Source: Octopus vulgaris (taxonomy: Eukaryota). Taken from it: 64,000 bases of DNA. Position 1 is the stretch's first letter; each line of letters starts with the position of its first letter. Position numbers and translations under genes: made by a program. Where the stretch lies: assembly GCA_951406725.2 (NCBI GenBank), contig OX597815.1, positions 4,898,001-4,962,000 on the forward strand, read 5' to 3'. The notes under the pieces are model-generated. The model searched no databases. It saw nothing but the letters and a program-made list of their open reading frames with translations, and was not told the DNA's origin. Below, piece by piece: positions 52,198 to 64,000 of this stretch.

Positions 52198-52697
52198 GAA
52201 GGTTTGAAAATGCAATTTTAAAGATGTTTATTCACTTGACCGGCTTCACTTTTTTAGAAAATGATTGTCAAAAGTAAAATGTAAAAGCTTCGTTGTGTCG
52301 GGTACAGGTTGTCACAAAATATTAAAATATATACATTCTTTGATAATAATAATAAGAACATGTTAAAAACAGTTTACAAGGAAAAATCTTGAGAAAATAT
52401 TAAACAGAAATTTCAAAAATATATATATTGGGATTTCATTAAAAATCATGTTTGTTTGGAAGTATCTATATATATACACAGAAAATTATAAGTTCAAAAA
52501 GGTCATATTTTGGTGGTATATGTATAGATACACAGAAGGAGATATATTTAGGAGTTTACAAAGAATTTGAGATGAACTGACACAAACCGACTCAAAAGCT
52601 TTACATTTTACTTTTGACAATCTTTTTTCTAAAATAGTGAAACCAGTCAAGTGAATAAACATCTTTAAAATTGCCTTTTCAAACCTTCTTTCATATT
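52192..52697. mobile_element. Fold-back element with ~100-bp inverted arms, embedded in (TA)n
   Basis: ATGAAAGAAGGTTTGAAAA...GTAAAAGCTT (52192-52290) is inverted at 52596-52697. (TA)n lies on both sides. Confidence 0.8.
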
Positions 52698-52733
52698 ATT
52701 TCCACTCGTGTGGTACCTTACAATTTTACTTTG

Positions 52734-52769
<36 letters not shown>

Positions 52770-55089
52770 CATGATCATTGACAGAGTGGCTAACCGGCTT
52801 CCGTGCCAGTGGCATTTAAAGGGCACCATTCGAGCGTGATCATTACCAGCGTTGCCTTACTGGCACTTGTACCCATGCTAGTAGGGTACCAAGAGCACCA
52901 TCCCAGTGTGATCGTTGCCAGTACCGCCTGACTGGCCCCCATGCTGGTGGCATGTAAAAAGCACCCACTACATTCTCGGAGTGGTTGGCATTAGGAAGGG
53001 CATCCAGCTATAGAAACTCTGCCAAATCAAGACTGGAGACTGGTGCAACCATCTGGTTCGCCAGCCCTCAGTCAAAATCATCCAACCCATGCTAGCATGG
53101 AAAATGGACGTTGAACAATGATGATAATAATTCGAGAACAGAGCAGAGTGAACGATCTGATCGCAGAATACCAAAAGCACAAATTCCCCTGGGTCGGACA
53201 TGTTGCAAGGTTCAAAGACAAGAAGTGGGCCCATGCAGTTGCTGAGTCTATGCAAGGGATCTGAAAAAGGTCACTTGGAAACCCTCCACGATGATGGGAA
53301 AATCATCATCATCATCATCGTTTAACGTCTGCTTTCCATGCTAGCATAGGTTGGACGATTTTGACTTAGGTCTGGCGAACCAGATGGCTGCACCAGACTC
53401 TAATCTGATTTGGCAGAGTTTCTATAGCTGGATGCCCTTCCTAATGCCAACCACTCCGAGAGTGTAGTGGGTGCTTTTTATGTGCCACCGGCACGGGGCC
53501 AGTCAGGTGGTACTGGCAACGACCTCGCTCAAATCTTTTACACATGCCAACCGGCACAGGTGCCAGTAAGGCGATGCTGGTAATGATCACGCTCGGATGG
53601 TGCTCTTAATACCTTACTAGCACGGGGCTTGAGTGCCAGTAAGGCGACACTGGTAACGATCGTGCTAGAATGGTGCCTTTTAAGTGCCACTGGCACGGAA
53701 GTCAGTCAGCCGTTCTGTCAATGATCTATTTAACTGTTTCGGCCCGGCTGGTTCATATTTGTACCAGTCAAGAATTTTATGACCCAAATCCTTAAAATTC
53801 CTATTCTATGTGAAATCAGTATAACACTGCTCTGGTCTTTCTGGTAAATGTGTAGTGCCAGATGTATGATCAGAGTTTGTGACACTATAAGGACTGCTGA
53901 AAAGGCTCGCATGCGTAGAACCCCACCCCTCTGCCATTACTGACTTGAGAAAAAATTCCGGGTTGAAAAGGTTAACCATTTTGGGTCAAGACGGAAAAGA
54001 TTGGCGCAATCAAAACAGAATTGGAAGCGCATTGTGACCAGCGGTATATATATTTCTTTACTACCCACAAGGGGCTAAACACAGAGGGACAAACAAGGAC
54101 AGACAAAGGGATTAAGTCGATTCCATCGACCCCCAGTGCGTAACTGGTACTTAATTTATCGACCCCGAAATGATGAAAGGCAAAGTCAACCTCAGCGGAA
54201 TTTGAACTCATAACGTAACGACAGACGAAATACGGCTTCGCATTTCGCCCGGTTGCTACCGTTTCTGCCAGCTCGCCCAGCGGTATATAAACAGCATCTG
54301 GGGGTCTGCTCGATGCTGTTATAAGGAATCATGGGAGTTATTTCCCTTGATCAAAATAACGTTATTAGAGTTGTTTACCTTGGATTAATAATTTACTTGG
54401 CCGTCTTTATTCGGGTAGACGGGGAAAATTGTTTAGAAGGCCGTCAAGGTGGTTTGTACCCGCAGTTCAAAGGGTATATAGCCTTGTCACACACGGTTTC
54501 ACCCTGATTCTACTTCAGAGCTACATTAATGGTGACTTGTCTGTGGAGTACTCAGCCACTCACATGCTACTAATCCAATGAGTTGATAGTCCAGTTGATC
54601 AAACATCCAGTTACTCATCGTCGAAACTGACGCAGTACCGTTTACTATTACAGTTATATTCATTTTATTTTATTTTGTTTTTAGTGCTATACGTTTTTTT
54701 TTTTGTCTTTTTGAGTGGTTTAAATGGCTTCTCTGTGTTGTAATTATTTCAGTTTCAACAAACTGCCTGGCTGTGTGGTAAGAAGCTTTCTTCCAAACCA
54801 CGTGGTTCTAGGTTCAGTCCCACTGCGTGGCACCTTGAGCAAGTGTCTTGTACTACAGCCTTGGTCCGACTAAAGCCTTGTGAGTGGATTTCGTAGACAA
54901 CATGCATTGTGTGTCTGTGTTGACAACCATTGTTGGTGTGTTTACATCCCTGTAACTGCATTTCAGCTAAAGAGATCAGTAGATTATGTATCTGGCTTAA
55001 AAAAAAAAATCACACCATGCTATAATCCTCTCCAGTTCATTGACTACAGAAGTCTGCATCTTATATTTCCATTTATTAATTTTTCCAGT

Positions 55090-55588
55090 TCTATATTTAA
55101 CAGATGAGGAATTATTTACATTATTTACATTTGACGGATATTTGTCCTCATCTTGTTTGTTGTTAACACAACATTTCGGCTGATATACCCTCCAGCCTTC
55201 ATCAGGTGTCTTGGGGAAATTTTGAACATGGGTTCTCGTTCCTAAGATATTTTTTGATATTATTATTATTATTATTATTATAATTCAGGTCACTGCCTGG
55301 AATTGAACTCGGAATCTTGGAGTTAGTAGCCTGTGCTCTAAGCCATGGGCAAAAGGTGTAGTAGTTAAGAGCGCGGGCTACTAAACCCTAAGATTCCGAG
55401 TTCAATTCCAGGCAGTGACCTGAATAATAATAATAATAACAACAATAATAATAACATTGAAAAATACCTTAGGAATGAGAATCTAGGTTCAAAGTTTCCC
55501 CAAGACACCAGATGAAGGCTGGAGGGTATATCAACCAAAACATGTTAACAAGATGAGGACAAATATCCTTCGAATATAAATAATGTAC
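55090..55588. mobile_element. Head-to-head inverted pair of the tRNA-head/(AAT)n/hammerhead-tail element
   Basis: Minus copy ~55090-55338 and plus copy ~55356-55588. Flanked by the 12-bp direct repeat AATTTTTCCAGT (55078-55089 and 55589-55600). Confidence 0.85.
55165..55210 (-). ncRNA. Minimal type-I hammerhead ribozyme motif (same family)
   Basis: Minus strand reads GACAC-CTGATGA-A-GGCTG-gagggtatat-CAGCC-GAAA-TG-TT-GTGTT. Confidence 0.75.
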
Positions 55589-55842
55589 AATTTTTCCAGT
55601 GTATTTTCCACAGAGACATTCTAACCAAACAATCTTTCCCCAGGGTTTTCTCCATCTTCATCTATTTGAGTTATCATCCAAACATTTGCTAATTCATGGA
55701 TAAGCCATTTTAATCCAGTCATAAACTATACTGTAATCCTGTAATCTCAGTTTTATCCCGCAAGAGAAAATAGTCAAAAGGATAATGCATTTCTGTATAT
55801 GGGGATTATTATTACCCCTACCTTCACTAAGGCAGGGGTATT

Positions 55843-56268
55843 TGTGTCCGATGGCATCACTTTGTCTCCAACAATTTGGTGCGACACCAGTGCAAAATCA
55901 CCTCCCTCCGACAAGTCATCCTAACGAGACGTCTGCGTTGGCTGGGTGGGTCATGCCCTTCATCGTCAACCAGGAGAATTCATCTATGAAGCAATTGCCC
56001 CAGCTCCCCTTCAGGGTTGGTGAAAGCGATGTGGTGGACAATGAAAAACCTGGCTGATGACAGTCAAGGCTGATCTGGAACCCAACCTAGGGCACCCATG
56101 TGTATGGCGTTCGCCGCTGGAATAGGGAGTGGTTGGAGATCATGCGGTCATTTGCCTCAAATTGCCAGGCCTGGTCAGCATTTGTGAGAGATGCAGCATT
56201 AAGGATGGATGAAGCCACCTCAACCCACCCCGGGTGAATGCTGTCTCAAGACATGAAGAAGAGAAGAC
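55843..56268 (+). mobile_element. 5'-truncated RTE-type insertion with a 14-bp TSD, inside a Helentron/DINE-like (HINE) element (~55805-56622)
   Basis: TSD AAGGCAGGGGTATT at 55829-55842 and 56269-56282. The insert contains RRLRWLG...KTWL-type remnants. The host has (GTTT)n, ATATCTCAAGAAC...GATGAAACTTTCAGG and a 3' ...CTGAGTGCTCTT. Confidence 0.7.
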
Positions 56269-57232
56269 AAGGCAGGGGTATTCTTTTCAGTTGTGTTTGT
56301 TTGTTTGTCCATGGACAAAATATCTCAAGAACTGCTGGATGTATTTGGATGAAACTTTCAGGAATGTTTGGCCTCGTCAGTGACACGAACTGATTAGATT
56401 TTGGGATCGATCCAGTTCCGGACAAGGATTCTGGATTATTTTTCTGGTTTTTTAATTTAATTTTTGAGAGCAGTCAGGTTCATTTTCAGTATTCTCGTTT
56501 GTAAGATCAGTCGAGTTTATTTCAGACATTCTCATTTTAAAAATCCTCCCTGGCTAATTGTTGAGAGGACATTGGTGTTGCCCTGGCAGAGCTTTGCACT
56601 ATCTGAGTGCTCTTATCTTTGTTTACATTATGCATGTTTGTGTGTGTTAATATATGGAAGAGAGGCATGGTCTACAACAGTGGTTCCCAAAGTGGACGGT
56701 ATTGATCCCCTGGGGGCAGTGGAAAGTTCCAAGTGGGTGTTGAAGAAAAGGGGGGCAATCTGCCTGTCTGTCTGTCTCATCATCATCGTTTCACGACTGC
56801 CTTACCCACTTCTCTCAAAATTTCTGACCATCTACCAAAATCCAAAATGAATATATCTACATATTCATATACATACATCACCATCTTTCTCACATAGATT
56901 GGTATTGGCCTTTATTATATATGTACACACACACACACACACACACACACTAATATCATTTTTTTCGGGTTTCTTTTGTTTTTTTTTCTATTACATTCAT
57001 AAAAGATACGTGTGCATGCACACACACAGAGACAGACATACACACATAGACAAAAGCACACAGACAAAAGCACACAGACAAAAGCACACAGTCAAAGGCA
57101 CACATGCACACATGTATGCACACGCACATATGCAAGATAGAGACAGGTACTAACGTTCCCATGTGACAGGCTTGATAATTGTTGAGATTGTGTTGCATGA
57201 AACCATTGGTAGCCTTCTTAAACAACAAACAC

Positions 57233-57456
<224 letters not shown>

Positions 57457-57580
57457 ATGAAAGCAGTGGCTGCACTAGTACTCCTACTACTACTACTTAA
57501 TCTAAGATTATCTGCATTTCCCTCAAAACTAAATTATTGTCTTGTATGCTTGTATCTTTCTTTTCCTTGCCATTTTTCAG

Positions 57581-57710
57581 GCTCTCCAAGAAATCCAGAA
57601 TAACTATGCTGACTTAAGCTACAGTCAAAGGACATCACTTGCTATTAAACCCGAAGATATATTCCTACGTTTTATTTATGAAATCGGAATGATGTTTGAT
57701 GACAATGAAA
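57581..57710 (+). CDS. MAIP1: MAIP1 exon 3 (ALQEIQNNYADLSYSQRTSLAIKPEDIFLRFIYEIGMMFDDNE); gene continues beyond the window
   Basis: Long pyrimidine tract plus tttcag|, donor A|gtaagt, 130 nt (phase 1). Similar to the MAIP1 Tim44-like region. No further exon was found before 64000. Confidence 0.8.
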
Positions 57711-58334
57711 GTAAGTCGTTTATTATCCTCTCTCTTCGTGGTTTTGAGTGTTGCTTGCATGAAAAGGAGAGGAACTGTATTCCCATCCATCCATTTACCT
57801 CCTGCCCCAAACCATTCTTGGAGGATTGTGAGGGTAGGGTCTCCAGGCACCTCTTCCACAGGGTCCTCTCAGAAGCAACCTTCGTCAGACTCCCTGGCTA
57901 GATTCCCAAGTGTGACCAATTGAGACTATACTCTTTTACTTGTTTCAGTCATTTGACTGCGGCCATGCTGGAGTACTACCTTTAGTCGAGCAAATCGACC
58001 CCAGGACTTATTCTTTGTAAGCCCAGTACTTATTCTATCGGTCTCTTTTGCCAAACCGCTAAGTGACGGGGACATAAATACACCAGCATCGGTTGTCAAG
58101 CAATGCTAGGGGGACAAACACAGACACACAAACATATACACACACACACACACACACATACATATATACAACGGGCTTCTTTCAGTTTCTGTCTACCAAA
58201 TCTACTCACAAGGCTTTGGTTGGCTTGAGGCCATAGCAGAAGGCACTTGTTCAAGATGCCACACAGTGGGACTGAACCAGGAACCATGTGGTTGGTAAGC
58301 AAGCTTCTTACCACACAACCACACCTGCGCCTTA

Positions 58335-58553
58335 TATTGGGTTGGCAAGAAAGTAATTTCGGTTTTTTAGTATGAAATAAGTAATTTTTTAAATTCATAC
58401 AAAGAATTCATTTTAATCAATTATATTTTTTCCATTTTATCCGATGACCTTTTTGCCATCTTTCTGGCAACTTCCTGTTTCTGCGCTCATAGAACTTCTG
58501 GTCCTCATCAGCCCGGAACTGAAGCAAGTGTGATTTCAGGTCATGATTATTCA
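58335..58553 (-). mobile_element. mariner 3' end
   Basis: TIR TATTGGGTTGGCAAGAAAGTAATTTCGG. Minus strand encodes a frameshifted QKFYER...KLPERWQK(V)IG*NGKNIID. Confidence 0.8.
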
Positions 58554-58792
58554 ATATATATATATATATCATTACATATGCCCACTCCTCAGTGGGGTGG
58601 CCATTTCAAAGAAGCTATGTCTACCTGCTTAGAACAAAGAACTCAGATATGAGTCTGAGAGTAAATAAGCATTTCATCCATAATTTGCAAGTCCAACAAA
58701 ATATAGTTTAGTTCCGTTCTATATTTAAGAGATGAGGAATTATTTACATTATTTACATTTGACGGATATTTGTCCTCATCTTGTTTGTTTTT

Positions 58793-58838
58793 AACACAAC
58801 GTTTCAGCTGATATACCCTCCAGCCTTCATCAGGTGTC
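58793..58838 (-). ncRNA. Minimal type-I hammerhead ribozyme motif (same family)
   Basis: Minus strand reads GACAC-CTGATGA-A-GGCTG...CAGCT-GAAA-CG-TT-GTGTT, with palindromic AACGTT at stem III. Confidence 0.7.
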
Positions 58839-58983
58839 TTGCGGAAATTTCGAACCTGGGTTCTCATTCACTCCATAATTGCCCACGGGCATATGGCGTA
58901 GTAGTTAAGAGCACGGGCTACTAACCTCAAGATTCCAAGTTCAATTCCAGGCAGGGACCTGAATAATAATAATAATAATAATA

Positions 58984-59680
58984 AAGAAGCAACAAAAAAA
59001 AAGAAGAGTGCTATTGTTATCAAGTGAACGATACATGGGCATCTAGCATGCCTTCCACAGTTTCCAAACTAAACTTGGCCATCTACTGCATTTTTGGTAA
59101 TATTTTATAGGATTGAGGTAACTCCTCCAATAGGTATCATCATCATCATCATCATTATCATAATTTAACGTCCATTTTCCCCTGCTGGCATGGGTTGGAT
59201 GGTTCAACTGGGATCTGGGAAGCCAGAAGGCTGCACCAGGCTCCAGTCTGATCTGGCAATGTTTCTACGGCTGGATGCCCTTCCTGACGCCAAACACTCC
59301 GTAAGTGTAGTGGGTGCTTTTTACGTGCCACCGGCACAGGCAGACGGCCACGATTGGATTGTGCTTTTTACGTGCCACCGGCACGGAGGCCAGTCGGGCG
59401 TATACAGAAGCAAAGAAAGAAGAGTGCCATTGCTTTCAAGTGAACGATATTTGGGCCTCTAGTGTGCCTTCCACAGGTTCCAGTATACCTATTGGAGGAG
59501 TTACCTCAACCCTATAAAATATTACCAAAAATGAAGTAGATTGGCAAGTTTACTTTTTGAACTTGTGGAAGACACGCTAGATGCCGAAATATCGTTTGCT
59601 TGATAACAATGGCACTCTTCTTCTTTTTTTTTGCTTCTGTATACTTACTGGAGGAGTTACCTCAATCCTATAAAATAATA
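58984..59680. mobile_element. ~160-bp unit in inverted and partial-tandem copies with a variant hammerhead core (retrozyme-like)
   Basis: Copies at 58986-59138 (-), 59400-59485 (-), 59485-59643 (+), restarting at 59642-59678. Consensus GAAC-CTGTGGA-A-GGCA..TGCC-GAAA-TA-TC-GTTC. Confidence 0.6.
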
Positions 59681-59751
59681 TTAATAATAATAATAATAAT
59701 AACATTGAAAACTACCTTCGGAATGAGAATCCAGGTTTGAAATTTCCCCAA

Positions 59752-59797
59752 GACACCTGATGAAGGCTGGAGGGTATATCAGCCGAAACATTGTGTT
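59752..59797 (+). ncRNA. Minimal type-I hammerhead ribozyme motif
   Basis: GACAC-CTGATGA-A-GGCTG-gagggtatat-CAGCC-GAAA-CA-TT-GTGTT. Stem I GACAC/GTGTT, core CUGAUGA and GAAA, 5-bp stem II, vestigial stem III, UH cleavage site. Confidence 0.75.
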
Positions 59798-60649
59798 AAC
59801 AACAAACAAGATGAGGACAAATATCCGTTAAATCTAGATAATGAAAATATAGTTTGTTGCTCTAATGATTAGGGATTAAATATTTGGCTGAAGCAGCTAT
59901 TGAGATAGGACATTACATAATTTCTTTTACACTATGCCTAGCTCTCACTCCCCAATCCTGTCCTCACGGCCCTGTTCCTCTGTATCATTGCTATTCACTG
60001 GCCCCTGACTTGTGTGTCCCACCCACATGTAACAAGAAAGCTTTCCCTCACCCTACCCCAACAAACCAATCAACATCTCTTCTTTTCCTCACATTTCCTC
60101 CTTCATACACTATGCCTAACTCTCACTCCCTAATCCTGTCCTCACGGCCCTGTTCCTCTGTATCATTGCTACCCGGTAGCCCTCCAACTCTACATATACC
60201 CAGGTTTTTCGCCACTTACTCACACTCCTCCTTCGCAATATCCTGCCACTTATATTATGGCCTTCAAACCTCAAGGGTTTACCCTGGCACTTGCCACCAT
60301 CTGTATCTCTCTCTTCCTTTACTCAACCATCTAATTTATATTCCGATCCTGGTTCCTTGTGAGCATACCCAACATTTTGCCACCATCTCTATCCTGCTGT
60401 ACTCCCACTCACTCTCTCCTCCACCCACACTCCCCTCAGTTTGGGTAGCCATGTATTTCCTTTGCAGTAGTGCACCTGTTTCTCTTTCTGATCTCTCTCC
60501 CTCTCTGGCAAGGTCACCATGTACCTCCTCTACAACAAGAAAACCTGTTTCTGTCTCACAATAACCTTTCATAATCTGACACAAGATCACCTCCTCCAAT
60601 TGAAAGTTATTTTAATTTAATTTTTTTGCAAGGTACTTGGTGACCCTGT

Positions 60650-60940
60650 CAGTGCAGGTGCCACTTAAAAATACCCAGTCCACGCTGTTGAGTGGTTGGT
60701 GTTTGGAAAGGCATCCAGCTGTAAAAACCTTGCCAAAACTGACCTCACCTTCGCTTGTGCCAATTAAAAAGCACTAAGTCCACTCTGCTGAGTTGTTGGC
60801 ATTTGGAACAGCATCCAGCTGTAAAAGACTTGCCAGAACTGACCTCACTTGTGCTTGTGCTATGTAAAAAGCACTAAGTCCACTCCGCTGAGTGGTTGGT
60901 GTCAGGAAAGGCATCCAGCTGTAAAAATCCTGCCAAAACA
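60650..60940 (+). repeat. 100-bp tandem triplication of a family-B SINE core
   Basis: AGTCCAC... recurs at 60677, 60777 and 60877. Confidence 0.8.
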
Positions 60941-61461
60941 ATCACAGAAGTCTGGTGCATGGTTCTGCCTGGCTGGCTCTTGTCAAATCATCCCACCTCT
61001 GCCAGCATGGAAGGTAGACATTAAATGATGATGATGATGTTATATATATATATATATAGGCACAGGAGTGGCTGTGTGGTAAGTAGCTTGTTTGCCAACC
61101 ACATGGTTCTGGGTTCGGTCCCACTGCGTGGCACCTTGGGCACGTGTCTTCTGCTATAGCCTTGGGCCGACCAATGCCTTGTGAGTGGATTTGGTAGACG
61201 GAAACTGAAAGAAGCCCGTCGTATATATGTATATATATATATGCATGTGTGTGTTTGTGTCTGTGTTTGTCCCCCTAGCATTGCATGACAACTGGTGCTG
61301 GTGTGTATACGTCCCCGTCACTTAGCGGTTCGGCAAAAGAGACCGATAGAATGAGTACTGGGCTTACAAAAGAATAAGTCCTGGGGTCGAGTTGCTCGAT
61401 TAAAGGCGGTGCTCCAGCATGGCCACAGTCAAATGACTGAAACAAGTAAAAGAGAAAGAGA

Positions 61462-61492
<31 letters not shown>

Positions 61493-61495
<3 letters not shown>

Positions 61496-61908
61496 TCATC
61501 ATCGTTTAACGTCCGTTCTCCATGCTAGCATGGGTTGGACGGTTCAACCGGGGATCTGGGAAGCCAGAAGGCTGCACCAGGCTCCAGTCTGATCAGGCAG
61601 TGTTTCTACAGCTGGATGCCCTTCCTAACGCCAACCACTCCGTGAGTGTAGTGGGTGCTTTTTACGTGCCATCTGCACTGGAGCCAGGCGAGGCTGGCAT
61701 CGGTCACGGTCGGATTGGTGCATTTTATGTGCCACCTGCACGGAAGCCAGTCAAGGAGGCACTGGCTTCGGCCATGATTCGGATGGTGCTTTTTACGTGC
61801 CACCGACACGGAAGCCAGTCGAGGCGGCGCTGGCATCGGCCACGATTCGGATAGTGCTTTTTACGTATCTCCAGTCCAGGGGTCCTGGCATCTGCCAGGT
61901 GCCAGTCA
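61493..61908 (-). mobile_element. Family-B SINE-like element ((GAT)n tail, AGGAAGGGCATCCAGCTGTAGAAAC core, ~60-bp internal sub-repeats); representative of >20 copies
   Basis: The same tail CCAACCCATGCTAGCATGGAAAGCGGACGTTAAACGATGATG recurs at e.g. 1-100, 1560-1735, 13020-13210, 21932-22330, 28386-28740, 47705-48090, 52770-53125, 53303-53720 and 63840-64000. Confidence 0.85.
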
Positions 61909-62563
61909 TATATATATATATATGCACACACACATACATTCTTATATTTTTCTATGCTCCATGTAAATATGCCAAGCCTAATTGTGTTCATCTTGTTTAC
62001 TATCTCTATATATATCTATATATCTATATGTGTGTGTGCATACATGGTTGTAAATGGTTCTTACTCTCATACATTTTTTCCAATATTCTATAAGAGCTTG
62101 TCTGGCCTTAATGAAATATTAGTTGCTTGGCAACAGGAAGGACATCTGGCTGTAGAATATCTGCCTCAGTGAATTCCATCTTGCCCATGCAAACATGGAA
62201 CAGTGGATGTTAAATGATGATGACAACAGGCTTCTTTTAGTTTCCATTGATCAAATCCAAGACTTTGCTCGACCAGGGGCTATAGTAAAAAAACACATTT
62301 GCCCAAAGTATCGTGCAGTGGGACTGAACCCAAAACCACATCATTTGAAAACAAACTTCTTCATCACGTAACTAGGCTGCATCTATAACTTTTGTCAGAA
62401 AACATTTGTGTGGCTGTGTGGTAAGCAGCTTGCTTCCCAAACACATGTTTCTGGGTTCAATCCCACTGTCTAGCACCTTGGGCAAATGCCTCCTATGAGA
62501 GATTCGGGCCGACCAAAGCCTTGTGAGTGGCATTTTGTGGATGGAAACTGAAAGAAGCCCATC

Positions 62564-62608
<45 letters not shown>

Positions 62609-64000
62609 AGCACAGGACGTCATGTACAACAAAAAAATATGAAGTACAAATACATGGAATATGAACTATTTTTTATGAACAACGAAAGACACAAATGGGA
62701 AACAAGACAAACAATCATCATCATCATCATTGTTGTTTAACGTCTGCTTTCCATGCTGGCATGGGTTGGACATTTTGACTGAGAACTGGCAAGCTGGGAG
62801 GCTGCACCAAGTTCCAATGTATGTGTGTGTGTGTATGTATGTGTGTGTATGTATGTGTGTGTGTATGTATGCGTGTGTATGTGTTTATGTATGTATGTAT
62901 GTGTGTGTGTATGTGTGTGTGTATGTATGCGTGTGTACGTATGTATGCGTGTGTACGTATGTATGCGTGTGTACGTATGTATGCGTGTGTACGTATGTAT
63001 GCGTGTGTATGTATGTATGCGTGTGTATGTATGTATGCGTGTGTGTGTATGTATGTGTGTGTGTATGTATGTGTGTGTGTATGTGTGTGTGTGTATGTAT
63101 GTATGCGTGTGTATGTATGTATGCGTGTGTATGTATGTATGCGTGTGTATGTATGTATGCGTGTGTATGTGTATGCGTGTATGTGTATGTGTATGTATGT
63201 ATGTATGTGTATGTATGTATGTGTATGTATGTATGTGTATATATATATATGTATGTGTATATATATATATGTATGTGTATGTATATATGTATGTATACAC
63301 ACATACACACACGAAGTATGTGCTGTCAGTAATTACTCAGGGTCGGCAGTTGGTGACTTTCGTGTTGTAAACTATCATCAAAAGATTTGTCAGTGGATAA
63401 AAGGGTAAAAATATATAAAGATAGTCACTGTCCATTTAGCTTCCATTGATTAAATCCACTCACATGACTTTGGTTGACCAGGGGCTATAGTAAAAGACAC
63501 ATTTGGCCAAAGTACCATGGAAATGAGCTAAAAATGATGGAAAAAACCACAAAACAAAAATAAACGAAACACAAACATGAAACTGAGTTGAAGGCAGATT
63601 TATTTCTGCCTTTATAGTATGTAAAGAAAACAGTGTTGCAGGAGTGTACGCAGCATGTGTGCTACAGCAGTTCTATGCGTAGCTTAAATACTGAGATTGA
63701 AAAGCAGGGGTGAATTATGCCTACCTAATCTACAAAAAAATAAAGTATTTTGCATTTTATACATAATAATCAGAGTAACCTTCATAGTTTTATTGAATTA
63801 GGTGCATATTTTGCTATAAAAGGAAAATGTTGCTATTGTCATCGTTTGATGTCTGCTTTCCATGCTGGCATGGGTTGGACGGTTTGATTGAGGGCTGGCA
63901 AGCCAGAAGGCTGCACCAGGCTCTAATCTGATCTGGCAAAGTTTCTACTGTTAGATGCTCTTCTTAACGCCAACCACTCTGAGAATGTAGTGGGTGATTT

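Larger units (their letters stand above)
58710..59843. mobile_element. Inverted tail plus forward tRNA-head/hammerhead element, with nested insertions
   Basis: Inverted tail 58710-58870, tRNA-like head 58887-58961 (A box TGGCGTAGTAG, B box AAGTTCAATTCC), (AAT)n interrupted by a ~700-bp insert, tail 59700-59843. 12-bp direct repeat AAAATATAGTTT at 58698-58709 and 59844-59855. Confidence 0.85.

Noticed and set aside
59884-60564. 226-aa plus-strand ORF as a candidate MAIP1 exon 4 or new gene
   Set aside because: Low-complexity Ser/Pro/Leu sequence from a pyrimidine-rich repeat (similar texture at 20770-21180), with an internal duplication and no MAIP1 similarity.

Overview
Eukaryotic, intron-rich and very repeat-dense DNA. 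The SINE and microsatellite landscape looks like an Octopus (coleoid cephalopod) genome; this is an inference. Three spliced genes can be reconstructed by hand. (1) The first coding exon of an RCAN/calcipressin (sarah-like) gene on the minus strand (10010-10495), with the rest lying left of the window. (2) A complete 7-exon TYW5 (JmjC tRNA-wybutosine hydroxylase, 337 aa) on the minus strand (19269-43039). (3) The first three coding exons of MAIP1/C2orf47 on the plus strand (43325-57710), head-to-head with TYW5 with 285 bp between the ATGs, the same arrangement I recall for human 2q33. Most other ORFs in the track are artefacts of microsatellites, SINEs and tandem repeats. The rest of the window is tRNA-derived SINEs, RTE/CR1/R4-type LINE fragments, Tc1/mariner, piggyBac-, hAT- and Chapaev-like DNA-transposon relics, and many fold-back elements. 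The most unusual signal is a set of minimal type-I hammerhead-ribozyme motifs in several non-autonomous element families. The clearest is a tRNA-headed (Pol III) SINE-like element ending in a hammerhead and inserting as an inverted pair with 12-bp target-site duplications, a Penelope/retrozyme-like architecture. No CRISPR array, rRNA or intact tRNA gene is supported.
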